DNA of 64,000 nucleotides from Phycisphaerae bacterium (GCA_963675745.2 CAXXWX010000001.1:224001-288000), one strand, 5' to 3'. Counted from the first letter of the stretch, positions 30,455-40,950 are shown. Numbers and translations are program-made. Notes: a model not told the origin generated them from the sequence alone.

Positions 30455-31084
30455 ATGTCATCGTCGCACTTGGTTCCCATCGTCATCGAGCATGAAGGCC
30501 GCGCCGAACGCTCTTACGATATCTACTCGCGGCTCTTGAAAGACCGCATCGTCTTTCTCGGCGACGAGATCGATCATGTCCTGGCCAATGTCGTGGTGGC
30601 GCAGTTGCTCTTCCTGGCCAACGACGACCGCAAGGCCGACATTCACATGTACATCAACTCCCCCGGCGGATCGGTGTACAGCGGCATGGCGATCTACGAC
30701 ACCATGCAATATGTGCCGTGCAATGTGGCGACATATGTCATCGGGGCCGCCGCCAGCATGGCCGCGGTGCTGGCGACCGCCGGCACTGAGGGCAAGCGCT
30801 ACATACTGCCGCACGGACGGTTCATGATTCACCAGCCCCTGTCGGGCGCGCGGGGACCGGCGACTGACCTCAAAATCGAGCTCGATGAGGTCATGCGCAC
30901 GCAGAAGCAGCTCTACGGCGTGCTTGCCAAGCACAGCGGCAAGTCGCCTGAGCAGATCGAGCAGGATTGCGATCGCAACAACTGGATGGATGCGGAGAGC
31001 AGCATCGCGTACGGGTTGTGTGACCGCGTGCTCGAGGCACTCCCGGAGCCCGGTCCGCGCAAGGTCAGCCCTCAGGATGGGTAG
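30455..31084 (+). CDS. clpP: ATP-dependent Clp protease proteolytic subunit (paralog 2)
   Basis: DIYSRLLKDRIVFL, YINSPGG, AASMA, MIHQP. Confidence 0.92.
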   Translation: MSSSHLVPIVIEHEGRAERSYDIYSRLLKDRIVFLGDEIDHVLANVVVAQLLFLANDDRKADIHMYINSPGGSVYSGMAIYDTMQYVPCNVATYVIGAAASMAAVLATAGTEGKRYILPHGRFMIHQPLSGARGPATDLKIELDEVMRTQKQLYGVLAKHSGKSPEQIEQDCDRNNWMDAESSIAYGLCDRVLEALPEPGPRKVSPQDG

Positions 31085-31164
31085 GGATTGAATGAGGTAG
31101 TGGGGCGCGCCCGTGCCTGCCGGATACATCGGGATTCGCGCGGGCAGGAATACCGGTCAGCGCT

Positions 31165-31797
31165 ATGTCTTGGCGATCAACTGCGCATCTACGCCGACTT
31201 GTGCCACTCGCCGTATTTGCATACTGCGCACTGGGCGGGAGCGCTTGCGTGGATACGGAGAAGCTGGAACTCCGCCGCGAGGTCGGTTCGCTCAAGCACA
31301 CAGTCGCCGCCAAAGACCGCCAGCTTGTCGCGCAACAGGTCACGATTGACGGGCTGAATGAGCAGCTCAAGACTGTGCGCGCCATAGAGCCGCAAGACCT
31401 CGATTTCATCTTTCATCCCGTAAAGATCGAGATCGACTCGCTATCCGGCGGAGCCGACTATGACGGCGAGCCCGGTGACGACGGCGTGACCGTGTATCTC
31501 CGGCCGGTAGACCGGGACGGTGACTTTCTGAAAGCCGCCGGTGACATTCGTATCGAGCTGTTTGATCTTTCCGCCGCGCCCGAGCAGGCTCTGATCGGCC
31601 GCTGGGATTTTGACGCCGCCCAGGTCAACAAGCTGTGGTATGGCGATGTGTGGACCTACCACTACACGATCAAGTGCCCCTGGCCCGGTGATCCACCGGC
31701 CGGGCGCGAGATCACGATTCGAGCACGATTCACCGACTATCTGACACAGAGCGTAATGGCCGCGCAGGCCACCTGTGAGATCGAGCCCAGACCCTGA
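31165..31797 (+). CDS. hypothetical lipoprotein with coiled coil
   Basis: Signal peptide with GSAC, coiled coil, then a beta-rich domain. Confidence 0.7.
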   Translation: MSWRSTAHLRRLVPLAVFAYCALGGSACVDTEKLELRREVGSLKHTVAAKDRQLVAQQVTIDGLNEQLKTVRAIEPQDLDFIFHPVKIEIDSLSGGADYDGEPGDDGVTVYLRPVDRDGDFLKAAGDIRIELFDLSAAPEQALIGRWDFDAAQVNKLWYGDVWTYHYTIKCPWPGDPPAGREITIRARFTDYLTQSVMAAQATCEIEPRP

Positions 31798-31972
31798 CGG
31801 CGGCTTCCCGCGCGCAAAGAAGGGGGAAAAACGGCCCGTTGGGGCTGCACAATTGACGTCATATCCGACGCGAGCCGATATCTGTGTTGAGGGATCTTGC
31901 GGCGTGTTCGCGCCCTGTGACGCGCAAGATCTGCCTGAGTGCCGGACATTGTTGGCAATCGAGGCTGGAACG

Positions 31973-32398
31973 ATGCTATACCATGAACGCGAGTTGCGGC
32001 AGCGGCTGCTGTTTGCCAGAGTGGCCTGCCTGTCACTAGGGGTGGCGCTGGTCCTGTGGGGCGTCGCACCGGCCCTGATCGACCGAGCCGTAACCGGGGA
32101 ACCCGCGGGCCTCAGGGTCTTGGCCATCGGAGGCACTTCCATCCTGTTGGGTGCGGTCTGCGTCATGCTCTTCGTGCTCATGCGCAGCGGCGGATGCTGG
32201 CCGATGCGCGTTGCGTTCGGCCTTTCGTTGAGCCTGGTCACGATCGCGCTCGGGGGTTGGGTGCTCGCCGGCGGGCACTCGGTGTCGCTGTTCCTCCTTG
32301 TGCTGGCCGGCAGCACGACCGTTGCAACCTGGCTATCGCTGTCTTACCGCGGCGCCACGGCGCGCGCACTCGGCGAGGCGCAGCCCCCCCGCCAGTGA
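31973..32398 (+). CDS. hypothetical 4-TM membrane protein
   Basis: Four hydrophobic segments. Confidence 0.6.
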   Translation: MLYHERELRQRLLFARVACLSLGVALVLWGVAPALIDRAVTGEPAGLRVLAIGGTSILLGAVCVMLFVLMRSGGCWPMRVAFGLSLSLVTIALGGWVLAGGHSVSLFLLVLAGSTTVATWLSLSYRGATARALGEAQPPRQ

Positions 32399-32601
32399 GG
32401 CCAACGGCCAGGAGCTCATGCCGCGCTGGCTACGCCGTGAACGGCCGACTGAGTGAGCCGTAACTGCCGGCGTGAGTCACCAGGCGCCGAATCCAAACCA
32501 GATATCCTGACAGAACGCGCAGCAGCGCTGCCCCCCTGCCACGGCGATCATGTCCGCCGACGGCGCTGTCACCCGCTCGCCCAGCCGGTAATATACACGG
32601 C

Positions 32602-34074
32602 GTGAACGGTGAGTCGTCAGAGAACGGAACCCATGACGCGCGCCGGCATCTGCCGTCGGTGGATCAGCTAATCAAGCAGCCGGTGGTCGCCGAGCTGCTG
32701 GATGACTTTCCGCGCGACGAGGTGCTGCGGGCGGTTCGTTACGTGCTCGAAGCCCGGCGCGCGAGCATCTGTGCCGGCACGACCGGCGACATCCGCGTTC
32801 ACGACCTGGCGCTCGGCATTCGCGAAACGCTTTACCAACGCGCCCGTCCGAGCTTGCGGCGGGTCATAAACGCCACCGGCATCGTCTTACACACGGGCCT
32901 GGGTCGAGCGCCGCTGTCCGAGGAGGCCATCGAGGCCATCGCGGATGTCGCTTCCGGTTATTGCAACCTGGAGTTGGATCTAGAGAGCGGTCGGCGCGGC
33001 CAGCGACAGGACCACTTGCGCGAGTTGTTGTGCGAATTGACCGGCGCCGAAGATGCCGCCGTGGTCAACAACAACGCCGCCGCCACCTACCTCGTGCTTA
33101 GCACGCTTTCAGCCGGTGCCGAAACCATCGTATCGCGTGGCCAACTGGTGGAGATTGGCGGCTCATATCGCATGCCTGACATCATGGCGGCCGCCGGGTG
33201 CCATACGGTCGAGGTCGGCACGACCAACCGCACACACTTGCGCGACTACGAACAGGCCATCACTGAGCATACGCGCGTGCTTTTGCGCGTGAATACCAGC
33301 AACTATCGCATCCAGGGTTTCGTGGCGAGCCCAAGGCTCGGCGAACTCGTCACGCTGGCACGGCGTTATGAATCGCTGGGAATCACGGTGGTTGATGATC
33401 TTGGCAGCGGGTTGATTGACACGTGTTTCGCCACGATGCATCAGTCGCCCGAGAGTGCCGCCGCCGAGGTACCTGCGATTGGCGGGTGGGACGAGCCGAC
33501 CGTGCGCGAGAGCCTGGCGGCGGGTGCCGACCTGACACTCTTCAGCGGCGATAAGCTTCTCGGCGGGCCACAAGCGGGCGTCATCGTCGGCAAGGCGGCG
33601 CTGATCAGCCGGCTGCACGCCAACCCGCTGATGCGCACGTTTCGCCCGGGTAAGCTCACGTTGGCCGGGCTGGAGGCCACGTTGCGGCTCTACCGTGACC
33701 CGGCAACGGTTGTCCGGCGACTCCCGCACTTGCGCATGCTGACGGCGCCGGCTCATCAACTCCGCGCCCGGGCTGAGCGTCTGGCTGATGAGATCGGGTC
33801 GGCAACCGAGATGGACGCAAGCGCGGAGTCCGGCGATTCATACGCCGGCGGCGGCACATTACCGGTGTGGCCGTTTCCCACGTGGGTCGTGCGCGTGCCG
33901 TGTGCGGCGAGTCAGTGCCAGGCGATCGCCGGCGCGTTGCGCCGCCGCGAACTGCCGGTCATCTGTCGCGTCAGCGCTGACGCGCTGATCTTCGATTGCC
34001 GGACATTGACAGATGACGATGCGCGCCAGATACCGGCAGCGCTGCGTGAGTGCGCCCGCGACCTCGACGAATAA
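32602..34074 (+). CDS. selA: L-seryl-tRNA(Sec) selenium transferase
   Basis: VINATGIVLHTGLGRA, VNNNAAA, SRGQLVEIGGSYR, EVGTTNRT, FSGDKLLGGPQAG. Confidence 0.93.
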   Translation: MNGESSENGTHDARRHLPSVDQLIKQPVVAELLDDFPRDEVLRAVRYVLEARRASICAGTTGDIRVHDLALGIRETLYQRARPSLRRVINATGIVLHTGLGRAPLSEEAIEAIADVASGYCNLELDLESGRRGQRQDHLRELLCELTGAEDAAVVNNNAAATYLVLSTLSAGAETIVSRGQLVEIGGSYRMPDIMAAAGCHTVEVGTTNRTHLRDYEQAITEHTRVLLRVNTSNYRIQGFVASPRLGELVTLARRYESLGITVVDDLGSGLIDTCFATMHQSPESAAAEVPAIGGWDEPTVRESLAAGADLTLFSGDKLLGGPQAGVIVGKAALISRLHANPLMRTFRPGKLTLAGLEATLRLYRDPATVVRRLPHLRMLTAPAHQLRARAERLADEIGSATEMDASAESGDSYAGGGTLPVWPFPTWVVRVPCAASQCQAIAGALRRRELPVICRVSADALIFDCRTLTDDDARQIPAALRECARDLDE

Positions 34075-34145
34075 AACGCGACCACAAGCAGTCACGTGCA
34101 ACACGGTTTGCCACCCGATGAATTCCGGCGGATCTCGACGCAAGA

Positions 34146-34230
34146 TGTAACGGCCGGTGCCTCTCGACCCGAAACGTAACGGCCGGCGCCTCGCCGGCCG
34201 CCGAGCGTTGGTAACGCTACGCCATACCAA
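34146..34230. repeat. GTA(A/G)CGGCCGG(T/C)GCCTC REP-like palindromes
   Basis: Two copies here; related copies at 50394-50419 and, inverted, near 40735. Confidence 0.6.
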
Positions 34231-34327
34231 CGGCCTGCGAGGCGCAGGCCGCTACAGCGCTGGGGCCGTTGCAGCGCTGGGGCCGCCACGGCGCTGCGTG
34301 CGCAAAGTGGCCGCTCCATGTCACGCG

Positions 34328-35815
34328 CTAAGCATCGTCCGGAGGTAACTGTGAATCGTCCGGCTCGATCACCACCTCCCCCTTTTTGCGACGGCGCTTC
34401 TTCGCAGTCGGGTCTGCGGAGCGCGGCGGCCGGCGCCCTTCCTGAACCTCCGCCTCAAAGGTGGCCTTGCGTCGCAGGATGTGGTGATAGTGCTGGCCGA
34501 AACGATGGGCTTCGTCGCGGATTTGCTGCAAGAGCCGCAGGGCCTCGTTGTTGCGCTGCAATCGGAGCGGCTCGGCCCGGGCCTGCACGTACACCAGCTC
34601 CTCGCGTTTGGCCAGCGACACGACCATCGGCGGCTTTACCGCCGCGCCGACCTCACACTCAATCGCCCGGTGAAGATGCTCAAAGGCGCCAAGCGCGGCG
34701 TGGAGCTGCCCGAGACCACCATCAATCAGGACCACTTCAGGGAAAAGCTCCTGCTGGTTGGCGGCGTGCTTGTAACGCCGCGCGATCACCTCGCGGATCA
34801 TGGCGTAATCGTCAACGCCCGCCACTGTCTTGATCTTGTAACGGCGATAGCCATTCTTGAAGGGTTTGCCGTCGATGAAACACACCAGCGAACCGACAGA
34901 GGCCTGGCCGTGAAGCGTGGCAATGTCGATCCCCTCGATGATCCGCGGCGGCCCATCCAGTCCCAGCAGCTTGCGCAACTTGTCGAGCCCGGCCGACGGG
35001 TCGATGAAGAAGACCTCGGGTTGCACGTCAGACTGTGCGTCGCCACTCAGCGACAGCCCTTCGATCGCCTTGACGCGATCGCGCAGGTTGCCGGCGTCTT
35101 CGTAACGTTGCTCAGCGGCAGCTTTCTGCATCTCCTTACGCATATCGCGAAGGATGTGGCTGCGCTTGGAGCGCAACAGCCTGATCAACCGTTTGATATC
35201 GGCGGCGTAATCCGACTTGCTTATGCGATCCGCACATGGGGCGGTGCAACGTTTGATCGCGTGCAAGAGGCACGGCCTGAAGAACCGCCGCTTGTCGTCG
35301 GTCGCGCTGATCTCGATTTCGCAGGTTCGGTAGCGGAGTATTCTCTGAAGCACATTGACGGCTTCGCGCGCGGCCAGAGCGCTGACGAACGGGCCGAAGA
35401 CTTTGGCCCCCTTCGTGCGCGGACTCCGCGTGACATACACGCCCGGGAAATCGTCACCGGTCGTAATCTGGATGTATGGAAAAGACTTGTCATCCCGAAG
35501 ACGCTCGTTGTAGGCCGGCTGGATGTCCTTGATCAGGCGGTTCTCTGTCAGCAGCGCGTCGACCTCGCTGTCGCAGTCGAGGAAGTCGATGTCCTCGACG
35601 AGGCTGATCATGTGGGCGATCTCCGGACCGCGGGTGTGGAAGAGATCGGCCGCATCCTGAAAGTAGCTGGCCACGCGCGCGCGCAGATCGCGCCCCTTGC
35701 CGACATAGAGCACGGTCGCGTGCGCGTCTCGCATCAGATAGACGCCCGGCGTTTTGGGGAAGCTCGCGATCTTCTCGCGGAGACGTTGAATGCGGGGGTC
35801 GAGCTTATGACTCAT
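34328..35815 (-). CDS. uvrC: excinuclease ABC subunit C (no recognisable C-terminal HhH)
   Basis: PGVYLM..LYVGKG GIY-YIG domain, Cys motif, UVR domain, IEGIDIA..DDYAM..LIDGGLGQL..RDEAHRF. Confidence 0.88.
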   Translation of the reverse strand: MSHKLDPRIQRLREKIASFPKTPGVYLMRDAHATVLYVGKGRDLRARVASYFQDAADLFHTRGPEIAHMISLVEDIDFLDCDSEVDALLTENRLIKDIQPAYNERLRDDKSFPYIQITTGDDFPGVYVTRSPRTKGAKVFGPFVSALAAREAVNVLQRILRYRTCEIEISATDDKRRFFRPCLLHAIKRCTAPCADRISKSDYAADIKRLIRLLRSKRSHILRDMRKEMQKAAAEQRYEDAGNLRDRVKAIEGLSLSGDAQSDVQPEVFFIDPSAGLDKLRKLLGLDGPPRIIEGIDIATLHGQASVGSLVCFIDGKPFKNGYRRYKIKTVAGVDDYAMIREVIARRYKHAANQQELFPEVVLIDGGLGQLHAALGAFEHLHRAIECEVGAAVKPPMVVSLAKREELVYVQARAEPLRLQRNNEALRLLQQIRDEAHRFGQHYHHILRRKATFEAEVQEGRRPPRSADPTAKKRRRKKGEVVIEPDDSQLPPDDA

Positions 35816-36090
35816 CGGACGGGATTATAACGCCACCCCGACGGCAACGCGGCTCGCCAGCGGCATCGGGAGCGGTTTAACCCGGACTGAGGACCCCCAA
35901 AACGCTGTTTTCAGACCGTAAACGCCGTTTCTTCGCTTGCATTGTACCCGCCGCGCGAGTAGAAGGGACGCGGCACTCCGGCTGGCGCGGTGTGTGACGG
36001 TATGGGCCGGAGCACCGGCTTTCTAAATCGGCCAACGTAGTGACTCGCCCGCCGAACGAGGAATCGGCGTCGGGCCACATGGAGATGATC

Positions 36091-36273
36091 GTGGAAGAAT
36101 ACGAGAAGCTCAAACAGCTCGTCGAGGAAATCGCTGACGACATCTATAAGGCGGTGGGCGGCAACAAAGCCGCCGGCACGCGCGTCCGCAAGGCCATGCA
36201 GGACATCAAGAGCGCGGCCCAGGAGGTGCGCAAGAAAGTGCTCAGCCTCCGCGACGACGGGGCATCCACCTAG
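36091..36273 (+). CDS. short histone H1-like (Hc1 family) protein
   Basis: GNKAAGTRVRKAMQDIK motif; GGAG RBS. Confidence 0.8.
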   Translation: MEEYEKLKQLVEEIADDIYKAVGGNKAAGTRVRKAMQDIKSAAQEVRKKVLSLRDDGAST

Positions 36274-36330
36274 GCCCGCGCGTCGCTACCTCGGCCTCGG
36301 CGTTTATCCGGCCAAAATCCTGGAGCAGGC

Positions 36331-36804
36331 ATGCCCCCACCGGTCATTCTAGATCCGGCGACGCTTGATCTTGCGCACGTGGTAGCGGATCGCGACGCCA
36401 TCGCGCAGTTAAACCCGCATCGATACGAGTTTCAGTTGCTCGACGCTGTGGTGCTCTGCGACCTCGAGCGGTTGTTGTTCGCCGGCTATTACGATATCAA
36501 GCCGGATGCATGGTGGGCGCGCGGGCACATACCCGGCCGCCCCCTGTTCCCCGGTGTGCTGATGATCGAGGCCGCCGCGCAGCTTTCCAGCTATGTTTAT
36601 GCGAAGGCGATCCGGTCCAGCAGTTTCCTGGGCTTTGCGAGCGTCGACGGTGTGAAATTCCGCGGGACGGTTGAGCCGCCGTCGCGCTTTGTGATCACCG
36701 GGCGCGGCAAGGACTGCCGCCGTCGGCGGATTGTCACCGAGATCCAGGGCTTCGTGGCCGAGACGATGGTGTTCGAAGCGGTCATTACCGGGATGTCGGT
36801 CTGA
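36331..36804 (+). CDS. 3-hydroxyacyl-ACP dehydratase (FabZ/FabA family)
   Basis: NPHRYEFQLLD, GHIPGRPLFPGVLMIEAAAQL. Confidence 0.85.
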   Translation: MPPPVILDPATLDLAHVVADRDAIAQLNPHRYEFQLLDAVVLCDLERLLFAGYYDIKPDAWWARGHIPGRPLFPGVLMIEAAAQLSSYVYAKAIRSSSFLGFASVDGVKFRGTVEPPSRFVITGRGKDCRRRRIVTEIQGFVAETMVFEAVITGMSV

Positions 36805-36812
36805 GCGGCGGT

Positions 36813-37029
36813 TATCAGCGGGCAGCTTTTAGCGATCAGCGATCAGCGGTCAGCTTTCAGCTTACAACTGGCAACTGGTGGCCGTGGCGCGAGCGTGCTG
36901 GGAGGGACTTCGGGGAGCTCGCGAGATTCGTGCGGATTGCAACCGGATCGGCGAGCGGCCCTGAAAGCGCATGGCTGACCGCTGAAAGCTGAACGCTGAC
37001 CGCTGGAAGCTGACCGCTGAAAGCTGACC
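36813..37029. repeat. inverted heptamer tandem arrays (NNTCAGC x7 ... GCTGANN x8)
   Basis: 36813-36861 and 36974-37029. Confidence 0.85.
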
Positions 37030-38238
37030 ATGAGCGACGCGCCGCTGCTCACGCAATTCTGTCTCGACGCCCTCCCGAATCTGCACGAGTGGTCCGGCCG
37101 GCCGACTACTGAGGCTTTGTCGGCGCTGCCGGGTTCGCCGGCAGTGTATTTGCTGCTGGATGCCGGAGGGCGCGTCGTGCAGTTGGCCACGACCCAGCAC
37201 CTGCGACGGATCACGACCTCACGACTGACCGACGCCGACCGGGAAAAACGCGGTCGCGAAGATCTGGCCGCCGTCGCCAGGAGCGTCCGCTGGCGCGTGG
37301 TAAGCTCATCATTCGACGCCCGTTGGTGGTACTACCGGCTGGCGCGCGAGATGTTCCCGCGCACCTACCGTGACCTGATCTCATTCGGGCCGGGTTGGTT
37401 CCTGCGCGCTGACTGGCAGGCACCGGCGCCGGAGATCAGCGTTAGCGAGCGCGCCTGGCAAGCGAGCGGCGAGTTTGTCGGCCCCTGGCCGGCGCGGAAA
37501 CACGCCCACGAGGCGCTGGAGGGACTATGGGACCTGTTCGACCTGTGCCGTCATCCCGAGCAGGTTCGCCGGGCGCCCGACGGGCAACGTTGCGCATATG
37601 CGGAGATGGGGCGCTGTGATGCGCCATGCGATGGCAGCGTGTCACTGGACGCTTATGCGGAGCGCAAGCGTGCCGCCTGGCGCTTCGCCAGTGGCGGCGT
37701 GAGCGAGTGGATCACCAAGGCCGAGCTGCGCATGAAAGAGCATGCGGCCAACCTGGAATTCGAACAAGCCGGATTGCTCAAGGGCCAGCTCGAGTTTGCG
37801 CGGAAATGGCGTGACAGATGGCTACAACGCGTCGGATTGATCGAACAGTTCAACCGATTGCTCGTCGTGCCGGTAACGCGGCGCAAAGCCTGGAAGCTCT
37901 ACCTGTTCGCGCGCGGCGAGTTGATCGACGGACCACTAGTGCCAGATCGCAAGCTTGTGTCGCATGCCACGAACTGGCTTCGCTGCCTGCTGACCACGCA
38001 ACCAGCGACACCCGAGGACCGAAATACCGGCAAGCACGCGCGCCCCGGCGACGCAGTCGCGCGTATGGAGCAGACCTGGCTCGTAACGCACCTGTTGAAC
38101 AACCGCGAGGCACAAACCGCGATGGTGATCCCCCTACCGACGCTGACCGTACCGCCACATCTGGGAGATTCGCTGGAGGAGGCCCTGGCGCAACGCCGAG
38201 CCCGTCCGCCCGAGAGCGCACACGAGGCCACAACCTGA
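37030..38238 (+). CDS. divergent UvrC-like protein (degenerate GIY-YIG, Cys cluster, UVR motif)
   Basis: LPGSPAVYLL, FDLCR..CAYAEMGRCDAPCDG, MKEHAANLEFEQAG. Confidence 0.75.
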   Translation: MSDAPLLTQFCLDALPNLHEWSGRPTTEALSALPGSPAVYLLLDAGGRVVQLATTQHLRRITTSRLTDADREKRGREDLAAVARSVRWRVVSSSFDARWWYYRLAREMFPRTYRDLISFGPGWFLRADWQAPAPEISVSERAWQASGEFVGPWPARKHAHEALEGLWDLFDLCRHPEQVRRAPDGQRCAYAEMGRCDAPCDGSVSLDAYAERKRAAWRFASGGVSEWITKAELRMKEHAANLEFEQAGLLKGQLEFARKWRDRWLQRVGLIEQFNRLLVVPVTRRKAWKLYLFARGELIDGPLVPDRKLVSHATNWLRCLLTTQPATPEDRNTGKHARPGDAVARMEQTWLVTHLLNNREAQTAMVIPLPTLTVPPHLGDSLEEALAQRRARPPESAHEATT

Positions 38239-38265
38239 CAGCATCGCGCGATGCGCCCAACCTGC

Positions 38266-40446
38266 TTACGGTTCGTCCGTCTTCTGCGCGACCAGGTCCA
38301 ACGGCCAGGGCAGATTCGCCGCCAGCTTGACGCGCATCTGCAACAAGGCCGTCTCCAATTGAGGATCCTGGTCGGCAACCTTCACCGGATCGGACTCGAG
38401 CAGCTTGATTTCCTGCGGCGTCAGCAGTTGATCATCGTCATCGTCGGCCGAGTCATCGGTCAACGCATCGAGCGCATCATTGGTGGATTCCGGGCTGCTC
38501 TCCGACGAATCGTCGGCGCCATTCGCCTTGATGATGTAGGCGGCGTTCTCGCGGTCGATTACCTTCCCATACTCCTTGGGGCTCAGGTCGATTGGCCAGT
38601 CGGGTTCGATGCCCCACTTGTCGGATTCAGGGAGCTTGTGCGGCGAACGGCCGTCGGGCAGGTAATAGAGGGCGGTCGTCAGCTTGAGCCGCGCCTGGGT
38701 GCGTGGTCCCAACGGCATCACGCGCTGCACGCTGCCCTTGCCGAACGATCGCTCTCCGAGCACCAGGGCCCGGCGGTGATCCTGCAAGGCGCCCGCGAGA
38801 ATCTCAGAAGCACTGGCGCTGGCCTGGTTGATCAAGACAATCAGCGGCAGGTCGGCAAATGGCGCGCGCCCGCCGGTCTCATAGCGTTCGCGGCGTTCAC
38901 TGATCCCACTGGTCGAAACGACCTCGGCACCTTTCTCAACAAACAGGCTGACAATATCGATGGCAACGTCGAGCAGGCCGCCCGGGTTGCCGCGCAGATC
39001 GAGAATCAGGCCGCGCATGCCCTGGTCGCGCGCCTGTTCGAGGGCCCGCCGCAACTCGCGGGCAGATTCCCCCTGGAATCCAGTCAGACGCACGTAGGCG
39101 ATGCCCGCATCCTTGTCGAGGATGTAATTCCACTCCTCGCCGCGTCCGTCGTCGAGTCGATCGATGCCGCGAATGGTCTTCAGCACGATATCACGGCGTT
39201 TGAGCGGGTAGTCGATGGTCTCGCCGGGACTGGGGCGGAACATGGTGAGGGTGACCTCGGTGCCGGCCTTGCCCATGATGTTGCGAACGGCATCCTCGGT
39301 CGTCCAGCCCTTGGTGGATTTGTGATCGACCTCGATGATCAGATCGCCGGCTTGAATCCCCGCCTCGATCGCCGGCGAATCCTCGAGTGGTGTGATGACC
39401 TTCAAGCGTTTGGTGTATTCGTCGATTCCGAGCTGGATACCAACGCCCGAGTATCCTCCCATCATCATCTTGTCGAACTCGGTGGCGTCGACCGGCCAGA
39501 CTATCGACGTGAAATCATCGAGCTTGGCCAGCGCTCCTTCGAGAAACTCGGCGATAAGCAACCCTTCCGGCAGTTCGACCGATTTCTCGCTAGCGAACGC
39601 CACTTCCTTGTAGAGCTTGAGGAAATCCTTGTACCCGAACTGCTGCGCCTGATCGAGCTTGTCGCGCAGCTCTTCGAGCCGCGCGCGGAAGAACTCACGG
39701 TTGGCCGGATTGGCCACCCCGTGCAGATAGTCGTAGAGCGTGGAAGTCTCACAGACGATTTCGAGATTGTCGAGCGCCCCGTCGGCGGCACGCTTGAAAT
39801 CGGGCTTCTCGTAATAAAACTTGTCGATGGTGTTGGCGGCGTCGCGCAGCAGCCGGTGTTCGACACCGCGCATGCGCCGGTGAAACTCCTCCTCGTCCTC
39901 GTACAGCACCTCAATGCGCGCATGTCGCGCGGCATTCTCGCCGAGCTTTTCGAGTTCCTCGTCATCAGGGCGTACGCGCGCGGCGAGCGTGTAGTACGCC
40001 GTGGCCTTGGACCACTTCTGATTCGACGCCAGCTCGGCGGCTCTTTCAAGCGCGCGATCCACGATGGCGTTGGCCCAATCGGCGTGCTCCAGCGTGTCTT
40101 CCTCGGGCGCATACGCGGTGGCGCGCGCCGTGAAAGTCAGCGCCAGGTAGACGTCGTTATTGGCGTGCGCTTTCTTGGCCTGCTCAACGTTCCACGCGAA
40201 AGTCTGCTGCTTTACGTCTGCGCGCGCCGAGGAGACGCCGGAGAACTCGTCCAGCCAACTCTGGAGTTGTTTGGCCTTGGGGTCGGAGCCACGCTCAATT
40301 AATGCGGAAACCGAAGCCCGCCCGCTGTCATAATCGCCGCGCAAGATGGCGGCATATGCGGACTCAAGCTCATCAGCGCTGCTGGCCACGGGGAGGGCCA
40401 CCAGCGTTAAGATTATACATAACAAGTATTTATGGCTCTGTCGCAT
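38266..40446 (-). CDS. S41 family C-terminal processing protease with N-terminal extension
   Basis: PDZ GVGIQL, LILDLRGNPGGLL, SASASEILAGALQD, SFGKGSVQ. Confidence 0.9.
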   Translation of the reverse strand: MRQSHKYLLCIILTLVALPVASSADELESAYAAILRGDYDSGRASVSALIERGSDPKAKQLQSWLDEFSGVSSARADVKQQTFAWNVEQAKKAHANNDVYLALTFTARATAYAPEEDTLEHADWANAIVDRALERAAELASNQKWSKATAYYTLAARVRPDDEELEKLGENAARHARIEVLYEDEEEFHRRMRGVEHRLLRDAANTIDKFYYEKPDFKRAADGALDNLEIVCETSTLYDYLHGVANPANREFFRARLEELRDKLDQAQQFGYKDFLKLYKEVAFASEKSVELPEGLLIAEFLEGALAKLDDFTSIVWPVDATEFDKMMMGGYSGVGIQLGIDEYTKRLKVITPLEDSPAIEAGIQAGDLIIEVDHKSTKGWTTEDAVRNIMGKAGTEVTLTMFRPSPGETIDYPLKRRDIVLKTIRGIDRLDDGRGEEWNYILDKDAGIAYVRLTGFQGESARELRRALEQARDQGMRGLILDLRGNPGGLLDVAIDIVSLFVEKGAEVVSTSGISERRERYETGGRAPFADLPLIVLINQASASASEILAGALQDHRRALVLGERSFGKGSVQRVMPLGPRTQARLKLTTALYYLPDGRSPHKLPESDKWGIEPDWPIDLSPKEYGKVIDRENAAYIIKANGADDSSESSPESTNDALDALTDDSADDDDDQLLTPQEIKLLESDPVKVADQDPQLETALLQMRVKLAANLPWPLDLVAQKTDEP

Positions 40447-40630
40447 CAGCACACACCCCTTCAGTGGCGGCTAACGGCGGACGCGGGCGCACCCACGGCG
40501 CGATCCCGCTCCTATGGACATATTCATTATACGACCGAGCGATGCAAGCGGTAGCGGCCGCTACCACCAGACGACACAATTGGACAACTGGCCGGCAGCG
40601 CCAATTTGGCCGCGACGCACGTGGCTACCC

Positions 40631-40704
40631 GCGCCTCCTGTAGCGACCTGCGCCTCCTGTAGCGACCTGCGCGCCTCCTGTAGCGACCTGCGCCTCGCAG
40701 GTCG
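40631..40704. repeat. 19-bp tandem repeat GCGCCTCCTGTAGCGACCT x3 leading into a REP-like hairpin
   Basis: Read directly; ends in CGACCTGCGCCTCGCAGGTCG. Confidence 0.8.
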
Positions 40705-40950
40705 TCTTTGCGCGGGGGTGTTCCAGCGTATCCGGCGGCCGGCGAGGCGCCGCCGCCTCCACCCGGCAACATCTCGTAATACATTGCCTTCCGCCGGCGC
40801 CGACCATGGCGGATCGTAGCGTTTCAGGCGATGGGCCAGTTGATCAACGCCCAACTGGCTTCCGTGCTCTTGAATCTCGGTACCCGGTTGCCTTCCACGC
40901 CGGCCGTGAAATTCGGCCATCATGATTGTCATGCCGAGATTGCCGAACGC

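Noticed and set aside
32399..34327. selC tRNA or selB next to selA
   Set aside because: No tRNA-like sequence or elongation-factor ORF in the flanks
38251..40302. 683-aa plus-strand ORF, and similar long antisense ORFs (3945-5024, 11062-12318, 34481-35830, 54197-55834)
   Set aside because: Shadow frames opposite well-supported genes in high-GC DNA
40631..40704. CRISPR-like array
   Set aside because: The 19-bp units are contiguous without spacers, and there are no cas genes
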